From positions 428,569-492,568 of the forward strand of contig NW_008246111.1 in assembly GCF_000281045.1 (NCBI RefSeq): a DNA stretch of 64,000 bases. Direction: 5' to 3'. This stretch comes from Saprolegnia diclina VS20. Lineage: Eukaryota. Below, piece by piece: positions 46,758-59,854 of the stretch; within the stretch, counting starts at the first letter, position 1; every line of letters starts with the position of its first letter. The notes below the pieces were generated by a model, which was not told the DNA's origin, did not search any database, and saw nothing but the letters and a program-made list of their open reading frames with translations. The position numbers and the translations under genes were made by a program.

Positions 46758-48117
46758 CCGCTCCAATTGGAAATGGAAATTCACCGCTCATTTTATTGCG
46801 CTGTATTTTTATTCCGCGTGAATACAAACCCATTGTGTGAATCGTCCGTGTTTGGAACGCACGCCGATTGGCCAGCGATTCTCACGTGTAAAACACTGTC
46901 TGTCGCAGCTGCGCAGGCGGTTGAGCCTGCACCTCGAGCACGCCCGAGGAGCTTTGCATAAGAGAAGAGCGCGCGTGTACGCTTGGCGATGCCAATGCAG
47001 CGGCGCCACGCACACACGTCGCGTGTGATTTTCACGTGCTTCAGCCTGATTTTCACGTCACACACACGTGGCACCGCGAGCGTGCAGAGTGATTGCATCG
47101 GCACCACGCGACATTATTGTCTCCATGATGGCAAGCCAGCGACGCATGAAGCGCCGGGATAGCCCGGGCACAGAGCAGCGTGATTTGGCGATGGAAATGG
47201 CAAGGCTGCCTTGCCCCAGGGCAACTGCGTGACGCGACACCGAACACAACATTACACACTGATCCTTGCCTCCATCAACAAATGTCCGTCACAAATAGAT
47301 AATCGATCGCGCTCTGGATAACGAACCCTAATTTTTCGTATCGTCCAGGTGAATGTGCAATACCGGGTACGACGATCATCAGGGTACTCGTATCAGTGCG
47401 TCAAGGGCTACCGGTGCTCCACACCAGGCATGATTCACAGGGGTTGAGGCTTCAGTACCAGTAGCTGCTCAGGCTACTCCTACTGACAACGATTACCTCG
47501 GCACTACGCTCGACAAAGTGAGCGCCTGGCGGGTTGCCTTGAGACTTGGCCACACGTGGTTTTTGGCGCGCAATCTCTTTTTACATGTTCAATCTGCAGG
47601 TCGTGTATCTTCTTCCGGATCCGGCTTGGTCCGACTTCAAAACGTCAAGGAACCACTAACAAAGTTGGCGTTGGCATTGGTCAGCCGCAGCTGCATGCAA
47701 CAAGGACTCTTGATAAGGACCTACGTACTGTGATGTCACGAGCAGCGACGTCTCTGATGTTAACGTTAGGACATCGTTGAAAAATGGTCAACTTCGTTTA
47801 AATTAGTAATTGGAATGGACGCTCGCGACCCATCTGGCACTGCAAAAGCCCACGACCATCGTCGAGCAAGTCTCCTCGATGGCGCGAGCAGTTGCAGGTG
47901 GGTGTAGACAAAGAACAATGGGCCTTCAACATTGCAAACTAATCTTCGACACTGTCAATTTAGAATTATTCGTCGTTCGAAATCGATGAAAGCGAGGGTT
48001 GCGTGGGAACTTTGGGACGGACCTTCTGTGCCCACATATTAGGCTGCAAATGACCCGCGTTGTTGTTCGAGAACCTTGGGTCTCGGATCCGCTCAATCAT
48101 TCCTCGATTTGCGGCCA

Positions 48118-49760
48118 ATGCGCTACTTGTACCTCCTCGCCGCCGCACTCGCCGTCGTTTCGGCGCAAATCGCCTCGCCGGCATGCCCGACGCCTCGGAT
48201 TCGGCGCGCATGGAGCCAGTACTGCCAGGCGGACAAGGACTTGTACATCAAGGCTGTGAGTCTTGGCATGAAGCGCGGCTATCACCACCGGTTCGTCGAG
48301 ATCCACATCGAGCCTGCCTCCAACAGCGAGGCGCACGACAGCTTCTTCTTCTACTGGCACCGCGCGTACTTGCTCGCGTACGAAAACATGTTGCGCTCGC
48401 TCGGGCCTCAGTTTGCGTGCATCACGCTGCCGTACTGGGACTACGCGTCGCTCGGCGCCAACTTTATCTCTGGCGGATGCACCGACATGCTGAGCTGTGG
48501 TCCACTTCTCAAGGACTTTGGCGGGTCGCTCCCACCAAGTACAAGTCTATTTCCACGAAAGAACAATGACTCATGATCCGAATGTGCGTAGCGGCGAAGG
48601 GCCCGTACACGCTAACTGTGAATGGGCAGGTGTTTCAAGCCGACAACTGCGTCGTGTCGCCGCTGACGAGAAATTTTTGCCAAAACTCGACCGCGTTCAA
48701 CACCAAGAAATGCTTCAACTGCATGCCGCGTAATGACTGGTCCAAAGCTCCGGTGCCGCCGGACGTCAATGCACTGAGCGTCTACAGCAACGTGCTGGGG
48801 GATGTGCCCCCCAACCTCGACGGGGTCACGTCCGGCGTCCAATGGGGCACCCACAGTACGCGATTTGCGTTGAATAACATGACACGATTCGCTGTATAGA
48901 CATGGTGCACGCGGTGCTCGACTCGACGATGGGCACGTTCGCGTCGCCCTCGGACCCGGTGTTCTATGCCCACCATGTTCGTCGCCCTTTCTGAAGGTTT
49001 GACTGACGGTGTGTAGGCCACGACCGACGCGCTGCACGCTATCTACTACAATTGCATCGTGGCTGGGTCGCCCCCGAAGAACCCGTATGACGACGACCGC
49101 ACGTGGACGACGACGCGCAACTTTGCGGGCAAAACCATTGTCCCCTCGGATCTTATCACGATGAAGGTGGGCGAAGCAGGTAATCTATCAAGTTGATAGT
49201 TGGACCGGTGACACCTTGATATCGTAGGCACGGTGCCAGCGTCGATCTGGACAGCTACGTCGAACCCGATCTACCCGTTCTTCCAGGGCATTCCGCAAAC
49301 GTACCTTCCGTACGCGGACTCGACCAAGCTTGGCGCGTATTCGTACAAGTACAACTTTACGGGCACGATGCTGGAAGATATGAACAAGCAGTGCTCTGCA
49401 TTCAAGCCCGCGGGCGCCGTACTCCTCACAACGGACGGCGGGCCGCCGACGGCTGCCGCCACCAAGGAGAGTATGTGGCTCCGCGACGCGACGATCCTCG
49501 CATCGAACTACTACACGGAAGACGCCGACATCACGCACCAAGTGCAAATGATGCTGTGCGTGTACTACAACGAGTGCCTCGGCGGCGTCTTTGACTACTC
49601 GGACGAGTTCAAGACCAACTTCCACGTGTCGAAGAAGCCACCGTGCAAGCGCATCGTCGACGACCTTGCCGGCGGCAACACTGTCATCGGCGTGCCCGGC
49701 TGGGAGCGCGCAATGCTCAAGACGTACCCGTGCAACGGCGCGTCGGCGCTGTTTTTGTAG
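48118..49760 (+). CDS. Secreted tyrosinase (type-3 copper), paralogue 1; 5 exons
   Basis: Signal peptide; RIRRAW; CuA FVEIH..EAH..FFYWHR; LPYWDY; CuB GTHN/MVH..SPSDPVFYAHH. Confidence 0.92.
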
Positions 49761-50567
49761 AGCGACGCGGCGATTTTGACAAAGCTCGCAACCATCCGCT
49801 CGTCGCACGCACTATGGATTCTGCATAATGAATGAACTTTTGCATCCGAATCGGTGAATATACAAGCCTGGCGGTACGAGACCCGGTGACATCAGTAGCA
49901 ACACCGCTTCGGATAGTTTCGCGCGGAACGCGTGAAGCTGTGTTTTTACCAAGGCCGAGCAAGTGCACTTGAGCCACTTCGCCGGACCGCTATTTTACCC
50001 AAAGATGACGGCGCAGTGAGTTGCCTATTTCTGCAAGGCATAACCACAACGATCGAAGACCAAGCTAGCAAGCTCATTTGCAATTTGCTCGTCAAGCTCC
50101 AAGCCTTTTAGGTACTCTGCGCTTTTAACCCACCCACCAGTCCCTTCTTGGGCAGCGGCGGCCTCCCAACACGAACCTCATTCGTCTCCCCCATGCACTT
50201 GCAGTATAGCTTCGGGGACGAAATTGATCGTACCGTGGGAAGCATCGGTGTGCATGTGCCAACAACCAAGCATGCGCCTGTAGTTGGACAAGATACCATG
50301 ATGATTGTGTGTACCGAAAAGTATGAAGACGCACTTTAAGCTTCTCGTGATCTTGTGTCGAAGAAATTTAAGAGTTCTCGGCGTAAACGAAAAAGGTTGC
50401 AACCTCAAAGTCAAAAACAGTAATCGAATGTCTGACAGGTAACTGGACAGGTAAAGCAGCCACTGCTTCCTTTCGAAGGGATCGATAATTCTTCTTGTTC
50501 CATCACCGAAGGAGCCAAGCAGAAGGATGGTCGCATTTATGTCGGACACAACGGATTCGACACGACC

Positions 50568-52338
50568 ATGCGTGCGTCGTGTGTGCTCACCACCTTGTAC
50601 GCCACTGCTGCTCTTGCGTGGGCTGAAACGACCCAAAGAACTTTGCCGCCGCGTGTCCGTCGCGCGTGGAGCCAACATTCGCCCAACGAGAAGGAAACGT
50701 ACATCTCGGCCGTGTCGCTGGCGATGCAAAAGGGCCTTCACCACCGCTTCATGGAGGTCCACATGGAGCCGTCCTCGGAACAAGAAGCCCATGGGTGCCT
50801 CTTCTTTTACTGGCACCGCGCGTACTTGCTCGCGTATGAGAACATGCTGCGTTCCCTCGGGCCGCAGTACTCCGGCGTAACTCTTCCGTACTGGGACTAT
50901 GCCACGATCGGCGCCAACTTCATCGCGGGCAGTTGCAAGAACATGCTCACGTGCGGTTCCCTTCTCGAGGACTTTGGCGGGTCGCTTCCGCAAGGTTGGT
51001 GCCACACGATGACACGAGAATCATACATGACTTTAGGCCCCGCGGGTAAGATGAAGAACACGGTCAATGGCACAACTATCGCATCGGACAACTGCGTCAA
51101 GTCGAATCTGACGTCCAGTTTCTGCCAAAGCACGTCAGCATTCAACAGCAATACGTGTCTCGGCTGCATACCGCGCAACGACTGGTCCAAGGTTGCCGTG
51201 CCGCCAGACGTCAACGTCCTCAGCGTCTACAACAACATCTTGGGGACCGTGGCCCCGACGCTTGCCGGTGTCACAAAAGGCATTCAATATGGCACGCACA
51301 GTAAGTTCCGAGTGTTTCATTGTGGAACTGACGTTTGGTAGACATGGTCCACGCGACGTTGAACGCGATCATGGGCACGTTTGCGTCGCCGGGGGATCCA
51401 GTGTTTTACGCCCACCATGTATGAGAATCAACATTCGTGATCTCTCATGTAGACAACGTATTAGGCCATGGTGGACGCTCTACACACGATCTATTACAAC
51501 TGTGTTGTGGCGCCCAAGCCGCCAATCAACAAGGGCGCAGATGCGCGAACGTGGTCTTCGTGTCGCAGCTTCAATGGCAGTACGATCCGTCCGACTGATG
51601 TCATCACGATGAAGGGAGGCAACGCTGGTATGGGGTGCTATCCATTGCCGGGTGTGCTCATGTTTAAAGCAGGAACGATTCCGACGTCTGTGTGGATGTC
51701 GCCGCACCCGCTGAACCCGTACTTTGCGAGCATCCCACAGCTCTACATGGACTACACGGACACAACGATGGTTGGCGATAGCGCGTACTCGTACAACTTT
51801 ACAGGTACCATGCTCGACAAGATCAACCAGCAGTGCACCAAGTTCCACCCCTCGCTGGCGTCGTTTCTGTACGAGCCAAACGAGGCGGCGACATCGACCG
51901 AAGTTACAACCGAGATCGCGTGGCTCCAGGACGCAACACGGCTCGCGTCCAAGTTCTACACGGACCCGAAGGACGTCAACCTCCAAGTTCAGATGATGTT
52001 GTGCGTCTACTACAACGAGTGCCTTGGCGGAGTCTTTGACTACTCGGAAGAATTCAAGACCAGTTTTCGTGTGACGGGCAAGCCGCCATGCAAGACGATC
52101 ATCGACGACCTCGCGCAGGGCGATGCTGTGATCGGCGTNNNNNNNNNNNNNNNNNNNNNNNNNNNNNNNNNNNNNNNNNNNNNNNNNNNNNNNNNNNNNN
52201 NNNNNNNNNNNNNNNNNNNNNNNNNNNNNNNNNNNNNNCGACGACCTCGCGCAGGGCGATGCTGTGATCGGCGTTGAAGGCTGGGAATCGGTGCTCCTCA
52301 AACGATACTCATGTGACAACCCGTCCATGCTGTTTTAG
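50568..52338 (+). CDS. Secreted tyrosinase, paralogue 2 (contains 100-N gap)
   Basis: Same six Cu-binding His motifs (FMEVH, EAH, FYWHR, GTHN/MVH, DPVFYAHH) and same intron positions; ends NPSMLF-stop. Confidence 0.9.
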
Positions 52339-52598
52339 AAGCGATGTCATCAACAATTTCATTTTTGGATATATCAGTGAGCTACGATCGACTTTTCGCC
52401 TACGGGTTGGTACGGGACCTAGCAAACTGGGGAAAACGAAAACGACGACTCTTGACTCGCAACCAAGTTGTCCTTTCCCCCGAGCAAGCAAATGTCTTCT
52501 TCCGACATTGGAGCTCCAAGTGTCACTGTAATGCGGCAAGTGGGACTAGACTCGTTGCCGCTGAACACCTCGTCGTCAAAAGCATGGGCATTCGGGTC

Positions 52599-54380
52599 TC
52601 AAGAGCCCAAAAGATAGTCCAAAGGCGCGAGACGTGGGTCCTTCGTGTAGGTGCGCTTCAAGATATTCACCTCTTTTCGAGTAATGCTCGTCATGGTCGG
52701 TGCCCTTGCAACCAGCACGCGTATACGCTTGACTTCGATGGACTTGGCCTTTTTCACTCGATGGTCCGGAGCGGGGTTTGTTGACACATGTGTCCGAGCG
52801 CGGTCGCGCATGATCTCGGCAGCTAGAGTGGCTTCAGCGGGGTACACGATTGCTGCTACATAAAGTGCACTGTTCGTCATCGATCAAGAATATTGCTTAT
52901 GCCGTCACGAATTGCCTGCGCTGTGACAGCTAGAGAAATCAGCATAGCTGGTCTCCAGTCCACGATGCGTTACATCTGAGGGATGATGGCTCAGATATCT
53001 GCGCTTTCGAAGTTCGCGTATGTACTTGGCCAATCTTGCCAGCTTTTGTTGTACGGAATCGCCTGAGCTAGGAGGCAACACATCATACATTGGAAGCCAT
53101 ATCTGCAATATACCTTGGTTGTCGTTGATCTTGACATGCCTTTCGCTCTGATGTGTTTCGCGGACGTCGAAGACCTGCATCGCGAAGGTCATGCATCCTC
53201 CTTCTCAGTCAACTGTCCAGCCTTCTACGCCTTTGGGAGCATTCTCTATGGGTTGGACACCGAGAAGGTGGTTAGCGCTTGCCAGCGAGGCTTCGGGATG
53301 CTGCAACATCGCCGCCGTCTCTCGATGTTTTACGGTTCTTGCCGACTTGCGGATCTCGCGCTTCAATTAGGCGTCCTGAAACGGAAGGATCTCCGCCATG
53401 GACTTTCTTCCTCATTCTGCGTGCTTGCTCATCGGGCCCAGGATCGACGGAGCGTCTCGCCATGGCCACTGGTCAGCAGGCCTTCGAATACGTCCACAAT
53501 CGGTATTTTGCTCCATGGCTTCCAAGTTCGCATCATCTTCGTTGTTACAAACGACGTAGATACTAGCAATCTCCTTCTTCATTCGTTCACCGGGCCGTGG
53601 TTGCGAAGGCGGCGGCGTGGGGCTCATCTTGCTTCTCTGTCGCCGTCCTACAACGCTTGCGGCCGCGGGTGAGGCCCATACCTGAAGTCGTTGTTACCTG
53701 AATCAAGTAGCACGCTCAACGCTCGCTGATTCTGCTTTTGAGCCTGGTGAAGGCTATCAACGCGTCCGCCAAAGACGGAACAGCATGTTGAGGTCAGTGT
53801 TGAGATACCTCCTACCAATATGCGTCTGAACCAATGGTGCAGAACTGCCTCACTGAAATGGCAGCAAACAGAAACCGTGGTCAAGTATGAGCCAGAACCA
53901 AGTGAATTAGCTTGATACCGTGGATGCATTTTACCACTTGTACGCAATAAAGAGCCCAAAGAGGAAACCGGGCATTGACGGCACGTCGGGCAGCTTCAAA
54001 TGAATTCTGTGCGTCTCGGGATTGAACCACGAATGAACTTTGTCCCAGTTGATGACTACGAGGCCGTCGTTTGCGCACCAGAAGTCGTTGAGCTTGCGAT
54101 AGAGCTCCGACTGGCGGAGCTTGGAGAACAGCGCAACCCATTGTACAACGACGACGTCTTGGCTGTATACCGTGCGCAATAAAACGCATGCGAGACCGCG
54201 CAGAGCGTGCGAAGTATGAAGCCAATTAATTATGTAACCCCCAAGGGCAGACCTGGCGAAGCCGTGCTTGTGCTTCTTGCGATTGCAGCGACATCCATCG
54301 TGCGGACGATCGTCGTTGGGACTGGTGGTCGCACGGTTCGAGTCGGATGTTGCTGTGCTGGGAGGCAAGGCAGTGCACAT
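52599..54380 (-). other. Possible multi-exon orphan or degenerate gene of unknown function
   Basis: A run of minus-strand protein-like ORF pieces separated by GT..AG segments, with no recognised domain. Boundaries uncertain. Confidence 0.3.
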
Positions 54381-54799
54381 CGTAAAGTGAAGCTGTGATA
54401 GTCATGAAAGAGGGTAGGTCGGAATGACAATCAATCTTCGTCTATCACTCCGAAAAATCCACGGCCAACGAGACTTCCTGTTGAGACTTGCCTGCCCGCA
54501 GAAAGCGTGCTTATTCCGCTGGACGATTGACCAAATACGAAAGATTACTCGATAGCTAAGGAACTCCTTCCGGTGCGTGGTCGTTGGTTCTTGCGTGCGA
54601 GCTGTGGAACGAGGTTTGTGGCCGCCTTGCTGAAAGCACGACCGCGGATTGTCGTTCTTCTTCGAAGGCACAGCGCCGCACCCCACCATCTTTAAAAGTA
54701 AAGAACGTGTTTGTAATTAACGCCCAAAGTATACATGTCAGTACTATGCATTGGTCGGCCACGCGGGCCATTGTGACGTTGTCATGCGTAAAGCGGCAC

Positions 54800-56478
54800 T
54801 TAAGCAAAATCGCTGGACGGGCTGTTGCACGTGTACGACTTCAAAAGCACCTTCTCCCAGCCCTCGACACCAATGACGCAATCGTTGCGGGCCAGATCGT
54901 CAATGATTTGGCGGCACGGCGGCTTGACGACAGCACGGAAGTTCTCCTTGAACGTGTCGGAGTAGTCGAAGACACCACCGAGGCATTCGTTGTAGTAGAC
55001 GCACAGCATCATCTGCACTTGGTTGTTGACGTCGCTCGGATCCTTGTAGTTCTTTGACGCGAGTGCCGTCGCTTCGGCCATCCAATTGGCTTGCTTCGCG
55101 ACACACTGTTTCGTGTCGCCCGACATGCCATACACGGGCGCTTGCGATGGGTAGCCCGTGCTCTCCTCAGCAAGCAAGAGACTGGTCGCCTTGAAACGGT
55201 AGCACTGGGTGTTCATGCCCGCGAGTGTCGTGCCTTCGAACGTGTACTGGTACTGGTGCTTGTCGATGCGGAGCGTATCCGCATAACCGATGTACTGTCG
55301 CGGCAGGTCCTTGAAGTAGGTGTAGAGCGGGTTGTTGTCAAGCTTCCACACCGATGTCATTCGCCCGTCTACAACAATACGCTCGTCACTCCCTGGCCAC
55401 GGCTGAATTGGGCCTACTTTTCCCCGAAACTTGCATCATGATGTCGTCCGAGGGCGAGATTGTCTTGCCAACGTAGTTGCGGCAAGACGACCACGTCCGA
55501 GAATCTCTCGTCGGGTCTTTGATCGCCGCCTTGCGCACGACGCAATCGTAGTAGATGGTGTGCATCGCATCGACCATGGCCTAGCGCTCACGTCAACTAT
55601 GCGCACAATATTCATCGTTGCATACGTGATGGGCGTAGAAGACGGGGTCGGCGGGCGACGCAAACGTGCCCATGACCGAGCTGAGGAAGCCATGCACATT
55701 GTCTACACAGCCCGTTAGCCGGCCATGGTTCGATACATCCGTACTGTGTGCGCCGTATTGGATGCCGGACGAGGCCGTAGCGAGTGTCGGGTTTCCGTTG
55801 CCCAGAATACTGTTGTACATGCTCAGGAGGCTCACCTCCGGCGGGACGGCAACCTTCGACCAGTCGTTGCGGGGCATGCAACCGATGCACTTCTTCGCGT
55901 TGAACGCCGCCGTGCTCTCGCAAAAGTTTTGGGTCATACGCGACGAGACGCAGTTGTCCGACTGGAAAGAAACTCCGCTCACCGCGTACGTGCGTGCACC
56001 GTTTCTGCCTACTCAGTTCATGGGATGAGGATCACGGAGAAATAGTTCTGTTACCTCGGGGTAGCGAGCCGCCAAAGTCCTTGAGGAGATCGCTGCAGTC
56101 GAGCATACTGCGGCACTGCCGGCCGGCAAAGTTGGCGCCGAGCCGCGGGTAGTCCCAAAATGGAATCGTCACGCAAGCAAACTGCGTACCGAGCGACCGC
56201 AACATGTTTTCGTACGCGAGTAAGAACGCGCGGTGCCAGTAGATGAACATGCACGCGTGGGCTTCGCGCTCGGACGGGGGGTCCATGTGGATCTCGACGA
56301 AGCGTTGATGCAGCCCGTTCTTCATGGCCAAGCTCACAGCGTCGATGTACGTGTCCTTCTCGGTCTGCGAAAACGTGCTCCAGGCCTTGCGCACACGCGG
56401 ATTAGGGCACTTGACCGTCGATTGGCCCGCAACGAAGGCCACAAGTGCGAGAAGAGGCCACAGATACAGCAGACGCAT
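54800..56478 (-). CDS. Secreted tyrosinase, paralogue 3
   Basis: MRLLYLWPLLALVAFVAG signal; FVEIH, EAH, FIYWHR, IPFWDY, GAHN/NVH, DPVFYAHH; conserved C-terminal QMMLCVYYNECLGGVFDYS. Confidence 0.92.
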
Positions 56479-58423
56479 GTCGCTCGCGGCGTCAATTTCA
56501 ATATGCTCATGGACGAAAACGAGGTGGCACAGAAGCTCGAAATCGAAGACAAGCCGACGGTTGGCAGCAGCGACCGCATGATATGCTTCCGTGGAACAAC
56601 CGCCACCAACGTTGGGTTTCCGTGGCTACGGCCCTGGCTCGAAGAGCAAGTTGCAGCAAGGACGACGGAGGCTGCTTCATTTTTTCAATTTATGCAGTGT
56701 ACGTACTCCCATTAGATCCAAGTGGATCCGTGTGATGCATACTTATGACGTGATGCATGCTTGCCAAGGGATTGTGCCTCATTCAGTGGACACGATAGAG
56801 CATATCAACACGGCGCTTTCTACCAGTCTGTTCGTGCCCCGTATACTTAAGTTATTGGCACCAACAATCGTTCGGTGCCTAAAAGAACATGCTCATACAC
56901 CGTTAACGTTAGCGGTATTGTGACAGGTGGTCATTGATGCCAACGGTGATGGGCAGGTCCATCCTTTCAGTGTCATGCCTCGTCTACGGCTCAACTGTTG
57001 CACGAAGTGTTCACCGTGTAACCCGCAGTGCAATCACCAAGGGCGACAACCACCAAGGCAATTTACACTAATCACAACTCCTTTCGCGTACCCACAGAAT
57101 AATACATGTTCCCACAAAGGGCTTTGCCCAAAACGCACATCAAGAACTTTTGCCCGAGTTCACGCGCGGTGGTGGATTGCATTTTATGCTGGTACTAGCA
57201 CCGGGAGAGCTATCGGCAGCAAAACCAAGGTGACGCTTTTCTCTTGGGTCTACTTGAAGTGCTAGAAGTGCTAGGGATGGCGCTCCAATGCATACAAACA
57301 GCATTTGCGTTTGAAATTGGGTGCGGTGCAGCCCCACCCCTCGGACACAAAAACAATACTACTTCAAGAAGCAGGATGTCCTGCTTCATGTGGTCGTATC
57401 GCTACGTATTGGCCCGAGAAGACAGTTCAATTGGATTTGAATGTTCGCTCTGAGGACACATGCCGATGACCGGAGACGAGATGCTTTAGGATAGTTACCT
57501 CTGATGTACGTTAAATCGTTCTATGAGAGTCCTAAAAGCCCTTGTTCCTGCATCTACCGAGATATTCCATGATCCCAGCGGCTTGTATTCTCGAACGATC
57601 GTTCGAGTGTTGCTCCAAACCTTCACTTCGTTTCTATCCCTCAATACAAATATCAAGTATGCCGACATAACGACCAAAGAAACCTAATTGCATCACGTCC
57701 TGCACCTCACTGTCGTGCCTGCTTTTGCCTCGGAGCCACATCTTTTCGACGAATCAAAAGTGCCCATTGGTTAGATTACAGCCAATCGTCGATGCGAGTG
57801 TGACAAAGCATGGGGTGCATTCACAAAATGACGCTGATGTGTAAACAGCCAGTGGGTGTCGATTTCGGCAGCGAGGACTTATCCGAATTCTATATGAGCC
57901 CCAAACAACATGCTTTCCAACGCATGCCTCTGTTTGGCAAGGTGCCGGTACACTCTAGCATTCAAGCCATAAAGCAGAGTTTGGCTTTCTGCCACCCGAC
58001 CGCAACAAGCAACTTTTCTTTCATTACCAAGCTTCTCAGTTGGCAAAGCTCGCTTGCTCATTTTCATCCCGTTATAACGAACAGAAACAAAGACTGTGGA
58101 GTCTTTATCGTCACGAGGGCCAGTCCATAAAGTATTCCCGGGATGCAGCTACTGGCGAGTATAGCCCCTAGCACAATGCCGTGTAAATACTTGCGGAGAA
58201 TCACTGGCCAATACAAGTTTCCAATTTGAATATGCTGGTAAGCAAGCTCGTACTATCAGCAATCGGCAGGATCCCTGTTAGTTTAGGGATTTCCGCTGTT
58301 CCCAAATGTCCGAATTTCGCTGGGAGAATTCGAAGGCGGATCCGGATAGCTATATCCGGTACTCGACTAAGATTGGGCGTGTGGTCGGCATTTGCACTTT
58401 TGCGTTGCCAACCTCAGTTGAAC

Positions 58424-59618
58424 ATGCTCGCCCGCTCGATCTCCGCCCGCTTCTTCAGCGCTGCCGCTGCCGGCAAGAAGGTACCATTGGTGGACGATGG
58501 ACATGGAACTCATCTCGGATTGCGTAGGTTGCCGTCCTCGGCGCCGCCGGTGGCATTGGCCAGCCCATGAGCTTGTTGCTCAAGGTACGCATGCTAACTG
58601 TGAAGCTACGTACGCTGACATAGCAATGATAGGACTCGGACCACATCTCGCACTTGTCGCTTTTTGATGTCGTCAACACGCCTGGTGTGGCCGCTGATGT
58701 CTCGCACTGCAACACGCGCGCTACGGTCACGGGCGTCGCCGGCATGGAGAACATCGAGGAGGCGCTCACGGGCATGGACGTCGTCGTCATCCCCGCTGGT
58801 GTCCCGCGCAAGCCCGGCATGACGCGTGACGACTTGTTCAACACCAACGCGTCGATCGTCCAGTCGTTGGCGTCTGCGTGCGCCAAGTACTGCCCGGAGG
58901 CCATGATGCTCATCATCGCCAACCCGGTCAACTCGACGGTCCCGATTGTCGCCGAGACGTTCAAGAAGGCGGGTGTCTACAACCCCAAGCGCCTTTTCGG
59001 TGTGACCACGTTGGACGTTGTCCGCGCCAACACGTTCGTCGGCCAGTCGCAGGGCTGGAACCCGCGCACGACCAACGTCACGGTCATCGGCGGCCACGCC
59101 GGCACCACCATCTTGCCGCTCCTCTCGCACCTCAAGCTCGACCGCCAGTGGTCGGACGATGAGCTCCATGCCTTGATCAAGCGCATTCAGTTCGGCGGTG
59201 ATGAGGTTGTCCAGGCCAAGAACGGCGCTGGCTCGGCCACGCTCTCCATGGCGTACGCGGGTGCTCGCTTCACGACGTATGCCTCTTTAGTACATGGCAA
59301 CACGAACACTAATGGTGGCTTCATCTAGGCGCCTCTTGGACGCCATGACCGGCGCCAAGGATGTCGTCGAGTGCTCGTACACGCAGAACGACGTCACGAG
59401 CCTCCCGTTCTTCTCGACGCCCGTCACGCTCGGCCCCAACGGTGTCGAGAAGGTGCACCACTTTGGCACGTTGAACGCTGTTGAGCAGGCCAACTTCGAC
59501 GCCATGTTGCCTGGTACGTTGCGTGCCTTTAATCGAGGGACACTGACTAAAATGTGCTGCTTTTGTAGACTTGGAGAAGCAGATCGCCAAGGGTGTCTCG
59601 TTCGTCAACAAGAACTAA
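58424..59618 (+). CDS. MDH2: Mitochondrial malate dehydrogenase; 5 exons
   Basis: Transit peptide [79 protein letters not shown]. Confidence 0.97.
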
Positions 59619-59854
59619 GCGACTTGAATACACGAGACCTTTGCCTTGATCCATAAATGAGTGGCGAAGTGAACTGCCGAGCTCAACCTTCTGCAGCCGA
59701 TTCTACTCGAGGAGGCGCTGCGCTTCTGGACGGTATACACACAGCGCCGTTGTGCTGCTTAAAATCGGTGTTGTTTTGTGAAACTGTGAGACCGCCATTT
59801 CAGCGTTTCCCGTTTTAGCCGCAAGAGCAAACAGCGGCAGCCATCCTTGCACCG

